Under the pieces are notes generated by a model that was not told where the DNA came from, made no database searches, and saw only the letters and a program-made list of their open reading frames with translations. A program made the translations under genes and the position numbers. A stretch of DNA of 63,504 nt, counting the filler, from Octopus bimaculoides (lineage: Eukaryota), in the NCBI RefSeq assembly GCF_001194135.2. It is 7 parts of 5 records of this genome, joined end to end, with 100 filler letters (N's around TTAATTAATTAA, not from the genome) between each part and the next. Parts side by side here need not be neighbours in the genome. Positions count along the whole stretch, not along the records: positions 25,747 to 54,954 come from NC_068984.1; 6 more parts are not named here. One strand, written 5' to 3'. Position 1 is the stretch's first letter. The number at the start of each line of letters is the position of its first letter. Positions 38,147 through 48,758 of this stretch are shown one piece after another.

Positions 38147-40539
38147 GTAAGTCACCGATTTAATTCTGCTTTATCTGTAATGGTTACATCTAAAATGGTT
38201 ACATCTAAAAATGTAATGGTTACATCTGTAATAGCTACATCTAAAATATTTGTGTAATATGTAAAAATATTAAATTCTTCACGCAATATATTCGACGTAG
38301 AGGTTGTAATACAAATTAAGCCGGAAGAAGTTGTTTCTTAGTTCCAGGTCAGTTCTGACAAACAGCCTTATGTCCGATCAAAGGCATTCTTGTTGTGACC
38401 AAAATGTCTTTATCCTATGTACAATCTACCCAAAATCACATTATCAAATATTTTCTTTTTTCTAAGACGATAGGATATGTTTTGGGAAAATATTTGATTG
38501 TTGTATCTATCAGGCTAAGTGACCACGTAGTGATTTCATTGTTGACTTGTATCTAAAGAAATAAATTTAATTTAATCAGAGAAACAGCAAAAGGACCTGA
38601 AAAGTAAAAGTGAGTTATTTTACTGTGTAATAAAGAATAGGAAAATCCAATGACGCAAAAGAACTTTGCGTCAAAGAGAGATTGGGTCGCCTTCTTTCTA
38701 ATGCTACTCTAAAATGTTTCACTTAATTCTCTTTACTAAAATGACTTTCAAATAAAGAATCTTCAAACCATACCAGTCGCTAAGAGGGTGCTACCCGCTC
38801 ATTATTCAGTGGTGCACCCTCAGATTTACAGTGATACACTTATTTCAAAACTCTACTTCAACATTATTACAAATTAGTGCCCACCCTGAATATTCTCAAG
38901 CACCCCCAGGCACCAAAGTCTGGGGATGCTTCAGTGGTTGTCTTTCAAACTAGGTACAAAATATGAGACGCTAAATGACCTCCTTATCGTAAATAATCTG
39001 AAAATTAAGAAAATGCACCTTGACCTTCTATCACATCCTACCCAATGATATGTGAGTGATACCATCATACTAAAGCGAGATCCACGAAATCAACTACTAC
39101 TCTAATAGGGTCCAAGCAGCCTAAAACTTTAAAAATAAAAGTCTCAGTATGTAATGACTTTCATAGCTAATTGGGCCCTACTTGGTCCTTCGTCACAGAC
39201 CAGAATGAGAGCTTATCCAAAAGGGATCAAAAAAGTAATATTTTCCACTCGAAATTTGCATAATCCAAGGCCTGACATTCTAAGACACAGTAAACAGATT
39301 TGTTCTATACAAGATGTTTCGATGACATGACTCAGATGAATTCCATGTAGAATACATTCGAAAATGGCTATTGGAAAGAAGCTATATAAGCCCAGATTTG
39401 TAATGTGCGACATATTCTCGCAGTGTAGGTCAACCCACTTAGCTTTCCGCTAGAAAATCCACATAGAATGTTTGCAAGAAAACCTATAAGTAGTTGTTTA
39501 ACCGGCAACAAATTGCAGTTAAATCTTCTTCAGATACTTACCATCTTCAAAACGGTTAAATGTACAGTGTAAATAACGTTGGATATATCAAAAGAAAATG
39601 GGCTGATCAATTCGAGAATATTGCTAGAACGATAAACGTGCGACACGTTTCTTTCAGCACATGCACGTATACACGAGCGGAAAACGACAAAAGCTACAAT
39701 TCTGCATAAAGTAGGCTCCAAACTCCTTACAAAGTCAAGTCATTCACAAAATCTTCCAAGTACACATAAAATCTCTACTAAATGATATTTCTAAATAACT
39801 AATAATAATATACTTTACAAAGAATAGCGTTAGTGACAATAACGACTTTGAAAAGCAGAAGTACCATTATTTCCCTTCACAATTCCAAAACACCACAAAA
39901 GCAATGCCCTAGCATGGCCACAGTTCAATAACTGAATCATGAAAAAGAGAAAAGATAAAAGATATCACGTGACACTTTAGTCTTCATATAGAAAATCATC
40001 GAGAGAAATTTCAACGCACATAACGCCTCAAACAGTTTAGACAACGTGTAAGAAGCTGCTACTTGACTCTCTTTAAATCCTAAACAATCCACACCAATAC
40101 ATACACCTACTTGCCCATGCTAACTAAACAATTATTCCTCTAGACATCACCTTCTGCTCCACATGCCTATCACAACCACTTGGCAAACAATTTCCTGACT
40201 TTCCTCACATCACCCACAAATTATCTTTACAATACATTTTCTCATCAATGAGGAAGGCGAAATACACATTTACAAGCTAACAAAACCTTCTTAAGATTTT
40301 AGGGAATTCAACAACCCACCAATAACCAGCATAGATACTGCAGTGTATACGCTGAGCAAAAATAACTATAGACTAATCGAAAAGCATATCTCAAGAGTTA
40401 ACATAAAAGTACAGTCCGAGTTATAATCCTGAAAAAACCAACCTCACAAAAATCAGACACAACCTCAAAATCAATACAATCTTCAGCAAGTTTTCTACGA
40501 ACTAAGTTTCATACTTTGGTTTGCCTAAAAATATTCTGA

Positions 40540-41460
40540 CTGACCGTGAAAAGGAGGATATAAACCAGAACGTCAGAATATAAATGGGATTGTAAGAGCT
40601 ACAGCAGTGCAAAGCTCATGAAGTAATAGTGTAATTGAACGTTACAGTGGAATTCTTGGAGAAATGATAGTTAAGGAACACTGAATGATTATAAATGATC
40701 TTTTGAAGTTCAGTTGGCTGTTCAGTGAGTGCCAAAAGTACTCTACATAATTGTCATGGACATAACCAAACTAGTTGGTGCAAAATGGGTTTGCATCTAC
40801 TCTCTGTATTGGTAAGTCAGCCACAAAATTTGGGAGAGCTGAGATCGTCACAGAGAATTTGAAAGCGGTGCATGCTGCAGAAAAGCCTACATCGAGAGTA
40901 AGTCTTCTGAAAAGCTTACAAGAGCTTTAAGACACCAAATTAGGTAATCTCTTGCTCAAATATATCAGAATGATGGCCTTGTTTATGACAGGAAAACTAG
41001 AGAAACTCTCCAAGTTTTTGTATGGTTTGCATGATGCTTCTAGCTCTAGATATCATGCCGTAATGTGTGAATTAGTTACATTAGGAGCCGAGATATCTAA
41101 ATATGATCAAGCTACCATAAAAGAAATTGATATTTCCACGTAATTGGATGATTATTGTTGGATGCAGGGTTCCAAGTTTTTTGGCGTGTCTTTTATTGGT
41201 ATAATCAAATTTGACTTTTGTTGTGAGGGCGGAAGAATCCTAGATATTAAGCGAAAAGATATCTTTGTCAACCAGACAGGGATGTGAAGGATGATTTGAA
41301 GCCTATTCTTGTTCAAACTTCAAATATTGGAAGAGAAAAACAAATTAATGATAAACTGAATTGGATTGCCATAAAAAGAAGGCTAGGCCTTAGCTTTGAT
41401 GTTTGTCAGTTTAGTTCATTTATGAAGAAAAGGAAATTAGTGTATAAGACAACCTAACAA
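40540..41460 (+). mobile_element. Ty1/copia-type LTR retrotransposon relic (integrase then RT), GalEa-like
   Basis: NSVIERYSGILGEM and SKSSEKLTRALRHQIR (integrase) precede KLNWIA..R..LSFDVCQ (copia RT); heavily decayed, no LTRs seen. Confidence 0.65.
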
Positions 41461-42324
41461 AAAAAAAAGCATAACAATTACAAATTTGCATTCTGAATCT
41501 TGATATGTATGAACTCGATTGTAGCCGACAGGATCACATCATTCGACAGCATGGGGAATGGCAGCTCTAAGGACGGGCAACTAACTTTGTGCTTGGAAGT
41601 AATGACAACTTCTTTCCACCAGTATTGACAAATTAATGTGGTCCTTTGGATTTATCAAGATTACCAAGCAGTTTATATTTTGACCACTGGGGGTCAATGT
41701 AATCGACTTAGAATGGGGATTGGTTTTGTTTTGTATTGCCTTTGAAACTGATTGACATATTCCGTACTTTGAATTAACACTATAGTACAGGCAGGATATG
41801 TTAAAAGACATGCATTGAACAAAAATGTTTCTTTTCTTGGTGGTGGAAGGGGCGTAACTTTTCGGTGACTTTCTGTGTTATTACGTTTTATATCTTTTTG
41901 TGCGTTTTACATTTTGACGTTTAAAATTCCTATGGATTTCGTAACTGTATTCCTATGGATTTCGAATTCTTATGGATTTCGTAACTGGTCTTGTGGGGTG
42001 AGAACATTTTTTTCTGCATTTAATGCTATCTATAAACATTGTTTTGTTCAGAGATGATTTATCATGGATTACTTTATTTAATGCCTTCCATTTATTAAGA
42101 CGGTAGAGGGCGATTTAGCTGCGATTTAGAAAGATTTCGGAGAAGCTGTCACATTACCTAGAGATCACTTATTGGCTAGCAAAGAGAAAAACATTGCGCC
42201 CAGCATGGAGTTCAGAGTTACGATTCTGCGATGAACAACCTGAGATGAACAACTACCGACCGAGTTAGCTGCGCAGCTGGGTACAACTTATTGTTGAAAA
42301 ATACATTATAATATAAATGTTAGA

Positions 42325-42545
42325 AGAGGTTAAGGAGGCGAGCTGGCAGAATCGTGAGCACGCCGGACAAAATGCTTAGCGATGTTTCGTCCGTCTTTAC
42401 GTTCTGAGTCAAATTCCGCCGAGACCGACTATGCCTTTCATCCTTTCGAAGTCGATAAAATAAGTACCAGTTGAGCACTAGGATCGATGTAATCGACTTA
42501 CCCTCTCCCCAGAACTTGCTAGGCTTGTTCTAAAATGTGAAACCA
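42325..42545 (+). mobile_element. SINE family A with 15-bp TSD aatataaatgttaga
   Basis: TSD at 42310-42324 and 42545-42559. Confidence 0.88.
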
Positions 42546-42767
42546 ATATAAATGTTAGATGTCTTCTAATGTTAGATGTCTTTTGTTGGAATGTTGATGA
42601 TACGGTAAGAAGGGTAAATTGTAGAATTATTGCATGTTCTTTTCCTAATTGTTATGTCGACTAAAATATGGACACGAACGCTGATTAAAAAGCAAAATCA
42701 AAAATTATTTTCTTTAACGAACTTTCATTTCTCTCGATCTCCAAATCATATTTCACTTTATTTTCAG

Positions 42768-42930
42768 GGTCAAAGGTGTTACCAATTTAAGAGTTGTTGA
42801 TGCTTCGATTATGCCAGAAATAACTTCGTCGAAGACCAACGCACCTACGATCATGATTGCCGAGAAAGCAGTGGATATGATCTTGAACCGCGAACCACTT
42901 AAACCAATCCGAACAAAACGAAAAGTATAG
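42768..42930 (+). CDS. GMC oxidoreductase terminal exon, phase 2, stop TAG at 42928-42930
   Basis: attttcag|[54 protein letters not shown]; LRVVDAS.MP and [10 protein letters not shown] signatures. Confidence 0.96.
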
Positions 42931-42968
42931 TTACCCCGGAAAACAAAGAGAAAAATTTTTGTAAAATG

Positions 42969-43001
<33 letters not shown>

Positions 43002-43112
43002 CAAATATATATTCATATATGTTTTTATATATATTTATAGAGAGAGTAAGTACATAAATGTGAAACAAGGTGGGAAAAAATAGTACTCGAATACTGAAGG
43101 TAGAGTAACATG

Positions 43113-43277
43113 CTTTATTATTAAAGCTGCAAAAGCATCACAAAAAACTGCTATTCAGAGTTTCACGTTCCCGTTGGTCGAAGTTGTGATTCAGAATCAC
43201 AACTGCCCGACGAACATGAACGTGAAACTCTGAGTAGCAGTTTTTTTTGTGATGTTTTTGCATCTTTTATAATAAAG
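43113..43277. repeat. 165-bp foldback element centred on agttgtgattc-a-gaatcacaact
   Basis: Left arm 43113-43192 and right arm 43194-43277 are imperfect reverse complements. Confidence 0.85.
43201..43242 (+). ncRNA. Type I hammerhead-like motif (core CCGACGA, U4C variant)
   Basis: AACTGC-CCGACGA-ACA TGAA CGT-GAAAC-TCTGA-GTA/GCAGTT; 6-bp helix I. Confidence 0.55.
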
Positions 43278-43499
43278 TATATATGTGTGTGTGTGTGTGT
43301 GTGTGTCTGTGTGTTTCTATACACACACACACACACACGTATATGTGCATGTATGTATGTATGTATGTATGTATGTACACACATGTACACATATGCGTAG
43401 ATATACATACATACGTTTATATAAATTATATATACACAATACATGCATATATCTTTATTTTCTTATTTTTTACTTGTGTCTGGCGAAAGAGTCGTTGTT

Positions 43500-44927
43500 C
43501 GTGACCTTTGCACCTCTACCCTACATCTGAGACCGGCAAATTTCATGCTGTTAATGGTCCGTTTAAAATGTTACATCACAACACCCGTCTGGGATCTTCT
43601 CCATGCTCATGTCTTTCTTACAGGTAAGAAAGACATGAGCATGGAGAAGATCCCAGACGGCCGATGTTCTAGGACTAGGAATAATGTTTCGTGCGGGTCC
43701 AACGGGGTCGTATGCACGAGAGGTGGAAGACAAGTAGGTCGGGAATGCTTGAGTGATAGAGGTGCAAGATAAGTCAGCTCCGAGGAGCAGAGGCGTTTAT
43801 AGTTGTGATCGAAAAAGTAAAGTGTCGAATATGTTAATGACTGGATTCCAGTTACTCAAGTGACCTTCTCTGGAAGCAGTCCAATGTCTGTTTGTGCATC
43901 ACAGATGTACTCCACTGTGGGTCTCACTTGAACTTTGTAGAGTGGCAGCAAATGCTTGGGCTAAAATATTTTCTGGCCTTGAAAAGAAGGATTAGTCTTT
44001 GGAATGTGATTCTAGTTATGTTAGGGAAGTGTTATTGCTGAGAGAGATCTTCAGTGATAGTGGGACTTAGCATTTGGAGCCACTGTGAGCACCACCGAGA
44101 GCAGGACTCAAGCAGCGTCCTGCTCTCGGAGGTGCTTTCTTGATATGAGTAGTGCTTGAGTTTTATTGTTGTTAAAGGAGAAAAAAAGGATAACATGTCC
44201 CCGCTGAAGAATAGTCTCAAGTTGTTCGCTTATAGAATTAATGTCGGTTTTACATGTAGAGTTTAGAATGCTTGTGAATGATGCATGGTTGGAGAAATTT
44301 GAGGAGTAATGAAAGGATACGCCATCTGTAAAAGAGTGGGCGTTTGTTGGATGTGGCAACAAGTAAATCATTAATGTACAGAATGAAAATTAGGTGACAA
44401 ATCCGAATCCTAGAGAATACCAGAGTTAGTTGAATGTGGCGAAGAAAGAGCTCCGTCAATATATGGCTACGATTTAAAACATGAGAGGTGGATGAAGGAC
44501 GGTGACTTTGGAGAGAAGAGATGTTAGATAAATGTTCTCAATGCAGGAGGAGATTCTGGGACAGAGAAACTGGGTGTTGTTATCATATAAATCCAGAGAG
44601 AGAAGTGAGTATGGAATCTACGTATGCACAGACACTACCTTTTGGGGCAGAGATGGTTTGTAGGTGAGGGTTAAGAAATTTGTGCTTCAGAGAAACTAGG
44701 GTGGATGGCTTGCGTAGGAGAATAAGGTGAACTGTGAGATCTAGGTGGGAGAGAAGTCCTTGAATGTTTCAAAAGAGAAGGAAAAATTGACCAAAGGATT
44801 TGGATCAATTGCTTGACATTGGTGGTGTGTGAAAAGTCTCAGAAATCCACGAGTCGGAGACCTAGTCTGAGTCCTAGCAAACTGTGCGAACTCTTCTAAG
44901 TTCCCCCAACGGTCAGATAGTGGTTTT

Positions 44928-44930
<3 letters not shown>
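43500..44930 (-). mobile_element. CR1/L2-like LINE ORF2 relic
   Basis: QTRSPTR..LRLFT (APE), FILYINDLL..SFTDG (decayed FADD), LLPLYKVQVRPTVEY. Confidence 0.75.
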
Positions 44931-44979
<49 letters not shown>

Positions 44980-45930
44980 NNNNNNNNNNNNNNNNNNNNN
45001 NNNNNNNNNNNNNNNNNNNNNNNNNNNNNNNNNNNNNNNNNNNNNNNNNNNNNNNNNNNNNNNNNNNNNNNNNNNNNNNNNNNNNNNNNNNNNNNNNNNN
45101 NNNNNNNNNNNNNNNNNNNNNNNNNNNNNNNNNNNNNNNNNNNNNNNNNNNNNNNNNNNNNNNNNNNNNNNNNNNNNNNNNNNNNNNNNNNNNNNNNNNN
45201 NNNNNNNNNNNNNNNNNNNNNNNNNNNNNNNNNNNNNNNNNNNNNNNNNNNNNNNNNNNNNNNNNNNNNNNNNNNNNNNNNNNNNNNNNNNNNNNNNNNN
45301 NNNNNNNNNNNNNNNNNNNNNNNNNNNNNNNNNNNNNNNNNNNNNNNNNNNNNNNNNNNNNNNNNNNNNNNNNNNNNNNNNNNNNNNNNNNNNNNNNNNN
45401 NNNNNNNNNNNNNNNNNNNNNNNNNNNNNNNNNNNNNNNNNNNNNNNNNNNNNNNNNNNNNNNNNNNNNNNNNNNNNNNNNNNNNNNNNNNNNNNNNNNN
45501 NNNNNNNNNNNNNNNNNNNNNNNNNNNNNNNNNNNNNNNNNNNNNNNNNNNNAAAGGGAGACATATCCCCACCCCAGTACACACTGTAAAGACTTTGGTT
45601 TCAGAAATGGCATTCAGTCGAAGAAGCCATACCACAATAAAATTAAACTTTCGAAAAGGAATTCTCCGACTCTTTTGAATATGTTCTAAAATTAGATATC
45701 CCTGGTGGGAGGCGTTCTGCGCTGTCAGGCAGTGTACAAAAGACTATAGAGTTGTCTTTGTGTGGAGTGTATACGAAATGATACAGCGATATCTCTGTTT
45801 TCTGGTATGAAAAGGAAACCATTACAAAGGAATTTATGATTATGTTCTTGGAGGTCCTGCATTCCAATGACTTGGTTGTAAATTTAAAGCAGACACGGAA
45901 TCAAATCCTGGAAAGGCTTTAAAGAAAGCT

Positions 45931-46150
45931 TACGAGGGGGTACTGAAAAGTTACTGGATTGGGGTTAAAGAAAATACAGGAGGATCAGGTAATTATAATT
46001 TTATTCAACATATTTCCCTATCAGATTCACACACTTATTGCAGCGGTCCTTCAGTTTTCTAAACCCTGTAAAAGAATTCGGAAGGTTGGGCCTCTAACCA
46101 GGCCTTTCGCGACACCCTTAAAGCCAGGAACTTTTCAGTACCCCCTTGAA
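45931..46150. mobile_element. Mariner/Tc1-type MITE, copy 2
   Basis: tacgagggggtactgaaaagtt ... aacttttcagtacccccttg. Confidence 0.85.
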
Positions 46151-46409
46151 ACTAAATGAAACACTCTAGGGAGAAAGAAGGAAGACAAGACTTTATTACC
46201 ATCAGGGAAATGACCGTGATTAGTATGGAGAAAAGGAATAGGCAGAAATTCTATATGGTATGCCCAGTGTAATAATAAACGCACGATAATTGTTATTAGA
46301 TCTCCTGCAGACACTAAGAACGTAATGGAATTAGATGTTCTTAAATGCCCGAAATGTTCCTTAGAAGCAGTTGAAAGTTTTGTTACCTGAGAGATCTAAT
46401 TAGCAGGGG

Positions 46410-46915
46410 AAGTGTAGTAGACACAATAACAATGGGTTAGAAAAACATTTCTGTCTGACAAAAGATTTCCTCTTCAGAATGAAGAACAGATTGCATGGTG
46501 CTTGTGTGTTAAGTACAACGTTGCATGACAGCAAGACGTAAGCCTTGAACACTGAGGACTTGAGAAGTCTAGAAAGAAACATAGCGATCATGTTTTGCCG
46601 GATATGTAATGTCAGTGTGCATGAACATCGGAGTGCAATCAAACTAAAAGAGGGACTAATATAAGAAATGCAAGGAAGGAAACTCCTTGGGTATGGATAT
46701 GTGATGCGTATGGATGTTGACAGCTGTGTAAAAAAAATTCGCGTACTCAATGTACATAGAATGTGTGGAAGAGAGAGAGAGAGACAGGAAGATTGGGACG
46801 AAGTGAAGACAGACCACAAGTTGTTGCATTTCACGTATGAAATTATAAAGGACCGTGATGATTTGTGATATGCAGTGCTGGAGAAGATCCAACCATCAGT
46901 GCAAGCTCGTCAAAA
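46410..46915 (+). mobile_element. RTE-clade LINE 3' fragment
   Basis: LFRMKNRLHGACV..LERN..MFCRICNVSVH..YGYVMRMDVDSCVKK. Confidence 0.75.
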
Positions 46916-47030
46916 CTTACATTAAAATAGAGCTGGTTGTGATTGAGGCTGAGATATATCTACATCTAGCTCTCAGGATATATACTATATGAAACCTCTC
47001 GGAATAAAAGGGCTGAAATGAAAAATATAG

Positions 47031-47355
47031 AGACGTGGCTGTGTGGTAAGAAGTTTGCTTCCCAATCACATGGTTCCAGGTTCAGTTCCAATGCGCGGGA
47101 CCTTGGGCAAGTGTTTTCTGCTATAGCCTCGGACCGACCAAAACATTGTAAGTAGATTTGGTAGACGAAAACTGAAAGAATCCCGTCGTATATGTGGGGA
47201 GGGGTCCCACTACCGCTTGACAGCTAGTGTGACTGTGTTTACGTGCCCGTAACTTAACATCTCGGCAAAAGAAATCGATAGGATAAGTACCGGGCTTCAA
47301 AAAAGAAAAAGAAAAAAGAGAAGACGTACTGGAGTCGATTAGTTCGACAAAAATT
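47031..47355 (+). mobile_element. SINE family B
   Basis: gtggctgtgtggtaagaagtttgcttccc..ccttgggcaagtg. Confidence 0.85.
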
Positions 47356-47369
47356 CCTGTTCTGATGGT

Positions 47370-47650
47370 CTTGGCGTTCAGAAGCCAACTTCCTCAGGTA
47401 TGTGGTTGAGTCTGTTGAAATTTTGGTCTTGTGAGTGTTAATAAAGTCTTGATTCCTCTTCTTGTTGGCCCCACTTCAGTCACACTTCCTCTGAATGCCA
47501 TTGCCCATGTCCATTCTCTTCTTAACGTTACAAACTGTGCGTAAGGATACTCCGACTATGTTTGAGATCCTCTTCGGATCGACTTCGGATCCTCTTCGGA
47601 CCAAATCACACATTCTTTGGCGTTTGTCTTCCTGCGCAGTCATAATCTCC
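47370..47650 (-). mobile_element. IS630-Tc1-mariner transposase N-terminal HTH fragment
   Basis: MTAQEDKRQRMCDL..ISNIVGVSLRTVCNVKKRM..GANKKR. Confidence 0.55.
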
Positions 47651-47769
47651 AATATTCCTGCAAAAAAACGAATTTATTATTAGCTGACAGTGTATTGTTT
47701 GTTCTGCATTATATTTCATATCGTTTGGTATAGTGGTTGGTGTGAAGTATCAGTATAACTTTTAATTCA

Positions 47770-48130
47770 AGTTTTGCTTCCCTACCCTGTAGACCAATAT
47801 TTTTCTAGCGTATCTCCTATCCTACTCAACAGAGCTCTTATATTTGCAATGAAACATTCTAACCCCCGCTGGAGATGATACTGATATTATCCTGGCAGCC
47901 CATTATAAAATTCGACGGAAAATTCTGGGTCCGTAAAGACACCTGTAACTATCTCGACAGTCCAACGGGGCGAGTGACTCGACCCAAGTTAGCGACCTCA
48001 TAGGTTGTTACCTGCTCCATAGTCTCAAGGACTAATTCCCTAATATCTCTGGTGGTCTATATAGAGATGATGATCTGTTTGCGATACAGAACTCTAGTAA
48101 CCGTGAAATAGAGGAACTTAGGAAACGAAT
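47770..48130 (+). mobile_element. Penelope-like RT fragment with YRDD (Naiad/Chlamys-like)
   Basis: LLNRALIFA..DIIL..FWVRKD..DSTQVSDLIGCYLL..GGLYRDDDL..EELRKRI; frameshifted. Confidence 0.7.
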
Positions 48131-48143
48131 CAGGTAAAAAAAC

Positions 48144-48344
48144 ACAGGAGGGGTGCTGTAAATTTGCTAAGTTTAGGTAAAAGTTAATTTTGACTTTATT
48201 CAACATATTCCCCTCTCGGATTCACTCTTATTGCAACGGTCTTTCAGTTTTTCTAAGTCCTGTAAAAGAACATGGAAGGTTGGGCCTCCAGCCTGGCCTT
48301 TCACAATACCCTTAAAGCCGGAAACTTTTCATCACCGTTTCGTA
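48144..48344. mobile_element. Mariner/Tc1-type MITE, copy 3
   Basis: Body ttattcaacatattccc..ggttgggcc..cttaaagccggaaacttttc shared with copies 1 and 2. Confidence 0.75.
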
Positions 48345-48548
48345 TATATATATATATATATAAAGAGAGAATATATATATATATAGATATATATAGATAT
48401 ATATATATAGATATATATATATAGATATATAACTGAGATTCAGTTGAATTAGGCGCTTAAGTTGAAGCACCAGGTCAATCCGATATTATCCGCACAGCCC
48501 AAAGTAGGGTGAATAAAATCAAAATAAGCGACAGGATATCAAGTATAG

Positions 48549-48636
48549 ATGCAGTACGAACGTTTCAAGCGACTCCATTTAATTGAACAATGCAATCATT
48601 ACATCAATTTAAATGCAATGCTATCTTCAGCTGCAC
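48549..48636 (-). ncRNA. Type I hammerhead ribozyme with extended helix II
   Basis: Minus strand GTGCAG-CTGAAGA-T-AGC[49-nt hairpin]GCT-T-GAAAC-GTTC-GTA/CTGCAT; complete core. Confidence 0.7.
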
Positions 48637-48758
48637 AAATAAATAAATGGAATTTTAACAAGTAGGACACATTAATATAAATTTTCCTAAATATTTTAAC
48701 AGAGCAAGGAAATGGAAGAAATTCATGTTGTTGCTATTGTAGCTAAGAATAGACTACA

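Noticed and set aside
39990-40500. A/C-rich stretch faintly resembling a decayed PLE ORF
   Set aside because: No motif could be read with confidence.
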